A stretch of 64,000 nt of DNA from Macrostomum lignano (lineage: Eukaryota), in NCBI GenBank assembly GCA_002269645.1, contig NIVC01000568.1:310001-374000 (forward strand). Direction: 5' to 3'. The number at the start of each line of letters is the position of its first letter. Positions within the stretch are counted from its first letter, which is position 1. Positions 59,401-64,000 of this stretch are shown here, piece after piece. The notes beneath the pieces are model-generated. The model was not told where the DNA came from and did not search any database. It saw only the letters and a list, made by a program, of their open reading frames with translations. A program made the translations under genes and the position numbers.

Positions 59401-59823
59401 AGCGGGTAGACTCCAGAAGAGATCAGAGCGGGTAGACTCCAGAAGAGATCAGAGCGGATGGACTCGAGAAGAGATCAGAGCGGGTGGACTCGAGAAGAGA
59501 TCAGAGCGGGTGGACTCGAGAAGAGATTAGAGCGGGTAGACTCGAGAAGAGATCAGAGCGGGTAGACTCGAGAAGAGATTAGAGCGGGTGGACTCGAGAA
59601 GAGATCAGAGCAGGTAGACTCGAGACGAGATTAGAGCGGGTAGACTCGAGAAGAGATTAGAGCGGGTAGACTCGAGAAGAGATTAGAGCGGGTAGACTCG
59701 AGAAGAGATTAGAGCGGGTGGACTCGAGAAGAGATCAGAGCAGGTAGACTCGAGAAGAGCAGTCAATCTCACCGTGTATGAGACGTGACTCTGCAGAGCC
59801 GGATCTGAAGTGAACTCAGGCAT
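56410..59823 (-). CDS. Ankyrin-repeat protein with a C-terminal degenerate GIY-YIG-like domain; exons 59823-59773, 58341-57782, 57010-56410; in-frame TAA at 56883-56881
   Basis: Phases 0 and 2 are consistent. Ankyrin motifs DNGWTPLHYCA..AELLAAGADPDVFDDSGWTPLHQSA..EGRTPMSLAA. The last exon is open for 200 codons except for one TAA. The ankyrin part is well supported; the domain call and intactness are less so. Confidence 0.72.
57018..57706. repeat. 20-bp minisatellite (GTCAGATCGGGGCAGTGTCT)n in ankyrin-gene intron 2
   Basis: About 34 units abutting the acceptor. Confidence 0.96.
58355..59758. repeat. 26-bp minisatellite (CAGAGCGGGTAGACTCGAGAAGAGAT)n filling ankyrin-gene intron 1
   Basis: About 54 units, leaving only about 13 unique nt at each intron end. 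Confidence 0.97.
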
Positions 59824-61661
59824 TTCGGCAGAGGCTCAGTAGAAACAGTTGTTACTGAGAAAGAGTATGTGAAATTCACAGCTAGCTAGAAATAGCTGTT
59901 TACAAACATATTCATATATTTATATATGCGAGTATGACGTTAAAGCAGCCAGACTACACCCCACCCCATTCGGTGTGGAAACGTTGGAAAGATAATTAAT
60001 TAATGTCATTCTGCCAGCCTTTAGTGGTTGGCGGCGGGTAGACAGTCTGCAGTTGAAGCTGTGCATTCATTGTCTCTCTGGTGGTGGCTGAGCGAGCCGC
60101 CAACAGAGAGCGCCGACTTGACTGCGTGTTTTGCCAACTCTCTCAAAATAAAAACAATTCACAATGGCTACTTATAGTTTGTGTATTAATTTATATTAAC
60201 CGTGGACGAATTATATCGACCATGGACAGAAAATTTTCAGTCTCGCAAGCCTGATTTCCGTATCTATGATTAGATTGAAAGCTTGCAGTACCAACTAGGC
60301 CGCAAAAAGGAATAGCTACTATAATATATATTGATTCAGAGAAGCGTCTGGTAAAGAAAAAGTTTTTTCTAGAAAAAAATCACGCGCTCAAATTCTTTGT
60401 GTTTTCATTCGGATTTTTGACATTTTTTTCAGCTATATAGATTTCGTCTACTGAAATCAGTAGAGCGCGCCGGGTGTGGCAAATAAATTTTGCGATAGGC
60501 GTAAAAATCTGCCGCCATTTGTGACGAAGAAAATTTGAACGATGAACTGCAGATAAACATCTGAGTTTAGAATGTTTTGCACCGAAAATTCGTACGAAAA
60601 GCACCGGAATTGCACAAATGAAGGGCAATAAAGGTGTATTGGTTAATTTTAAATCAGCAAAATTTATGCTAAACTGTGATGTTATTATCTACCTACAGCA
60701 GGTCAGTTTGGGTTCACCAAAGCTTGACTGTCCCGAAGGCTGAAAAGTTTTTTGTTTATCTTCTATTCAGCTGTTCAGATTGCGAATTCAAATGCATACT
60801 GAATGTTGCTGTTTACAAATACAATGAGATTTTTGTTGCAATTAAAGGTGTGAATCGTTTAGTTGTGTAAAATACGATCACATGACTGCCCCTGGAACTG
60901 CAGCATGGTGTGCTGCAGCAATTTTGACCTCTAAAAACTGTTCTGCAGCATTTATCTGCACCGAGTCAGCCAAAGTCAGCTGACTCACAGCCGCTGGTAA
61001 GATTTCCAGGGCCCTGCTAGGATTAACAGGAGAAATCGGCATGCTCGATGGAATTTGGACCGAGGTGCGCCATTTTTTAGCTCCATTATCGATTAAAAAT
61101 TCCAACTTGAGGGTTGGTTATTTCTCAACCGATTTTGTCTATGGCCGAACTCTATTCAGTGCCCCACAACAGTTGAACTAAAATTCATGCCGCAGAAAAA
61201 TGACTAACTCAGTAACAAAATAGGTCATTTATTTTGCATGACTATAAACGATTAGTACGAAATGAATTCGTCAACAATGGATTTAATATGAAGAAGTGCG
61301 GATTAAGAAATGTATTTTTTAAACAAAATCGACTTAAATGAATGTCGATGCGAACGCTCGTACTATTGAAGGTCTTGAGCAAGCGAATTTTTTTGTTCAA
61401 TGTTTTACCCGTTTGAGCTTGAGCACTTGCCTAGAGCTGTTTTTTGGCTTTTATCTGTAGTTTAAGCTATAGTTTATCATTGACATTGATTATAAATTTG
61501 TTTTACTTGCCAAACTCTGCTTCAAGGATGCTATTTTTAGCGTCTATAATCGTGCTCACAGCTCAAGTGAGGGGCAATCTGGATTGATCAGCATTGCAAT
61601 GAACGGTCAGTGTGAGTTTTTTCATTTGCGATCGACAGAGTCTGTCAAGTAATCCGTCTCG

Positions 61662-64000
61662 TCATTCGCCAGTGCGTCGGCAGCGTAGTCGGGCACTCTG
61701 GCCGCAGCCGCTGGCGCCGCACTGGCACTCCTGCGCGGCTGGGTGCGCGCTGTCTCGCGCCAGTCTGTCGGCAAAGGAGCGCGCGAAAAGCGTCGCCTGG
61801 CTGCCGTACTGGCGCCGGCGCAGGTAGCGCAGGTCAAAGGCGGTGCCGCCGCTGCCGGCCGCCAGACGGGCGCACTTGCCGGTGGGCAGGCGGGTGAAGC
61901 CGTGCAGCACCGCGCTGCCCTCCGGCGCCTCGGTCGAGAAGGCGCGCCCGGCGTCGACGCCGAACGCCTGCGACCGACGGCCGTAGGCGAAAGTGGGCAG
62001 GCGCAGCTCGGCCAGCAGGTGCAGCCGGACTCCGGACTCGTCCAGGGCGCGTCGTACCGACTGCAGCGTCCGGCGGCCCTCGTGGCACTCGTCGCAGGTC
62101 ACGAGGATCACATGACGGGCTGCGTGTGGCCGGAGTTCCGGGAAGCGAGCCGCCAGCCGGACTGCGTCGAGAGCGTCGGCGCGGGCTTCGGCGCCAGCGT
62201 CGGCGATGTCATGGGTCTCAACGGCGGCTAGCGCGGCGGCCAGCTGGTCGGCGCTGCCGGTCAGTTCGCCGGCCATGGTGTGCCAGTGCGGCCGGGCGCT
62301 GGATCCGCGCCTGTGGTGCGCCGGGTTCCCGAAGCCCAGCAGGCCGAAGCGGACGTCAGAGACGCCGGCGGCGACCAGGCTGCTCCGCATCTGGGCGGCC
62401 AGTTCCGGCAGGCGGCGCACGGTGTCGCGGCCAAGACAGCCGCGCTCCTCCAGCACGATCACAACGTCGGCCGCTGTCCCGGTGGAGCTGATGCGCTCTC
62501 GCTGGCCGGCCAAGAGCTGACGAAAGCCAGTGCCAGAGCGGAGATCGCAGCGAGTGCACTGGGCGGGCGCCTGCAACCCCCTGAAACCCTTGGCGGCGCA
62601 GTGGCGCATGTAGGCCACGGCTGCCAAGCAGGTCTGCTGGCCTCCGGAGCGACGCTCGTGCGCGCAGATCTCCATAAACGGCGCCGGATTTACCAGGCCG
62701 AAGCAGCGTCGGAACGGAGAGCGAGACGCGACGAACAAGCGCTCGCATTCTGGATGAGGCCGCTCACCGGCTCCGCGTCTGCGGCTGCCACTGGCCAGGT
62801 TGGCGTGGCGGCAGCGGCCAAGTCGCCAAGATCGGGTGAAGCGCAGCAGGTCTTCGCTTCGTTGGCCGTTGCTCTCCGTCAGATCGTTGAACGCCTCATT
62901 GTCGAAGTTGCCCAGCAAGCCTCCAAGCCGAGCGTGGTACCAGCCGGACACGCTGATCGTGTGCGAGTTCGACTCGGGGTCTACAAAGATGGTAAACAAG
63001 TGTCCAAGATCCTTGGCGTGCAGTCCAGAGGCGGTGCGCACAATGCTGAGGTTTCCAACGCTCAACGGAAGCTCCTGTTTAACGCCATCCACCAGCACGT
63101 GCAGCTTCGGCGTCACCGTGACGCGCTTTCCGTACGCGTAGACATCCAGGCTCTTGCCGGACCGACTGTAGGTCATGGTCATCGCCCAGCTGCGGCCGCG
63201 GAAGTCCCTAGTCAGCAGGTAGGTGCACTCGCTGCCGCGGAAGTCGAAGTGCCGCCCGTCGAATGTGACGATGTGGTCGCCAATCACAGAGGCGACGCCC
63301 TTGAACTTTGGAATCCAGGAGCCGGACGGCATGTCAAAGTCTGGGATGGCATCGTAGACGACGTCTCTCGCGGCGGCGAGCTTGCGCCGAACGGTGTTGT
63401 AGGAGTTGCGAAATGAGTTGTAGCTGGCGGAGAGCCGGCTGTGGACATCCTTCAGACCGGATGATGGCAGCGACTGCAGATCGTTCCACGCCATCGGGGA
63501 GTAAACTTGAGCCTCAAATCGGCCTTGCTGGATGTCCTTCTCGATGATGACATTTTTAGACAAGCCTAGGTAGTCGGTAGCCAGTCCGATGGAGTTTTGA
63601 CGGAGATACTCCACAGCCTGCAGGTAGTTGTCCTTCGCAAAATCCTTCAGATTCTGCTCGATGTTGAAGTGATCTAGGAACCACTTTGACTGTTCGTACG
63701 CTCCGGAAACCAGAGAGCTGGCTAGTTGTGCATGTCGGTTCTCCATGAAGCCGTTCAGGCTTTGGCGCATGTGGAGCTGGGCGCTGCCGATCATGCTGGC
63801 CGTGTGGTCCGTCAGCTGGCCGAATCGACTCTCGATGTTCCGGTGAGCTGTGAGAGCTACAGAGTGCAGTTGTGACGGGAGCTGGCCAAATGACTGGTAG
63901 GTCACGAACTGTACCGACCTGGCAACTCGCCTGTGAAGCTGCTGAACCATCGGATGGCCAACAACTTTGCTGTGAAAGCTTGAGTAGGCGCTCAGAGTTG
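61662..64000 (-). CDS. 5'-partial large lipid transfer protein (apolipophorin/vitellogenin-like): VWD + C8 + VWA-like C-terminus
   Basis: More than 770 uninterrupted codons, open to the window edge. VWD motifs ASVIGDHIVTFDGRHFDFRGSECTYLLTRDF and GGLLGNFDNE; C8 motif CERLF..FRRCFGLVNPAPFMEIC; then ADVVIVLEERGC..VRFGLLGFG as in apolipophorins. Confidence 0.85.
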   Translation of the reverse strand, partial: TLSAYSSFHSKVVGHPMVQQLHRRVARSVQFVTYQSFGQLPSQLHSVALTAHRNIESRFGQLTDHTASMIGSAQLHMRQSLNGFMENRHAQLASSLVSGAYEQSKWFLDHFNIEQNLKDFAKDNYLQAVEYLRQNSIGLATDYLGLSKNVIIEKDIQQGRFEAQVYSPMAWNDLQSLPSSGLKDVHSRLSASYNSFRNSYNTVRRKLAAARDVVYDAIPDFDMPSGSWIPKFKGVASVIGDHIVTFDGRHFDFRGSECTYLLTRDFRGRSWAMTMTYSRSGKSLDVYAYGKRVTVTPKLHVLVDGVKQELPLSVGNLSIVRTASGLHAKDLGHLFTIFVDPESNSHTISVSGWYHARLGGLLGNFDNEAFNDLTESNGQRSEDLLRFTRSWRLGRCRHANLASGSRRRGAGERPHPECERLFVASRSPFRRCFGLVNPAPFMEICAHERRSGGQQTCLAAVAYMRHCAAKGFRGLQAPAQCTRCDLRSGTGFRQLLAGQRERISSTGTAADVVIVLEERGCLGRDTVRRLPELAAQMRSSLVAAGVSDVRFGLLGFGNPAHHRRGSSARPHWHTMAGELTGSADQLAAALAAVETHDIADAGAEARADALDAVRLAARFPELRPHAARHVILVTCDECHEGRRTLQSVRRALDESGVRLHLLAELRLPTFAYGRRSQAFGVDAGRAFSTEAPEGSAVLHGFTRLPTGKCARLAAGSGGTAFDLRYLRRRQYGSQATLFARSFADRLARDSAHPAAQECQCGASGCGQSARLRCRRTGE

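Noticed and set aside
61743-63547. Long plus-strand ORFs (e.g. 62280-63416)
   Set aside because: Antisense shadows of the GC-rich apolipophorin-like exon.

Overview
Intron-rich animal genomic DNA with GC-rich exons, AT-rich gaps and roughly a quarter of the window in tandem arrays. This style suggests a flatworm such as Macrostomum, which is inference only. Seven gene models can be spliced by hand with consistent phases: a 5'-partial LRR/EF-hand (LRRC74-like) gene (+), a complete 10-exon DPP7 (-), an ataxin-1-like AXH gene (-), ALG5 (+), a secreted 2x C-type lectin/PTQP/LamG-like gene (-), an ankyrin-repeat gene with a degenerate GIY-YIG-like domain and an in-frame TAA (-), and a 5'-partial apolipophorin-like VWD protein (-). 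Mobile DNA includes two inverted tRNA-Glu-derived SINEs, an 854-bp Harbinger-type foldback MITE nested in an older inverted repeat at the DPP7 promoter, hAT and Merlin remnants, and a possible LTR. The most notable signals are a minimal type-I hammerhead ribozyme (Penelope-like remnant) in ALG5 intron 1 and the ankyrin plus Penelope-type GIY-YIG-like fusion. All homology calls come from remembered family motifs; no searches were run.
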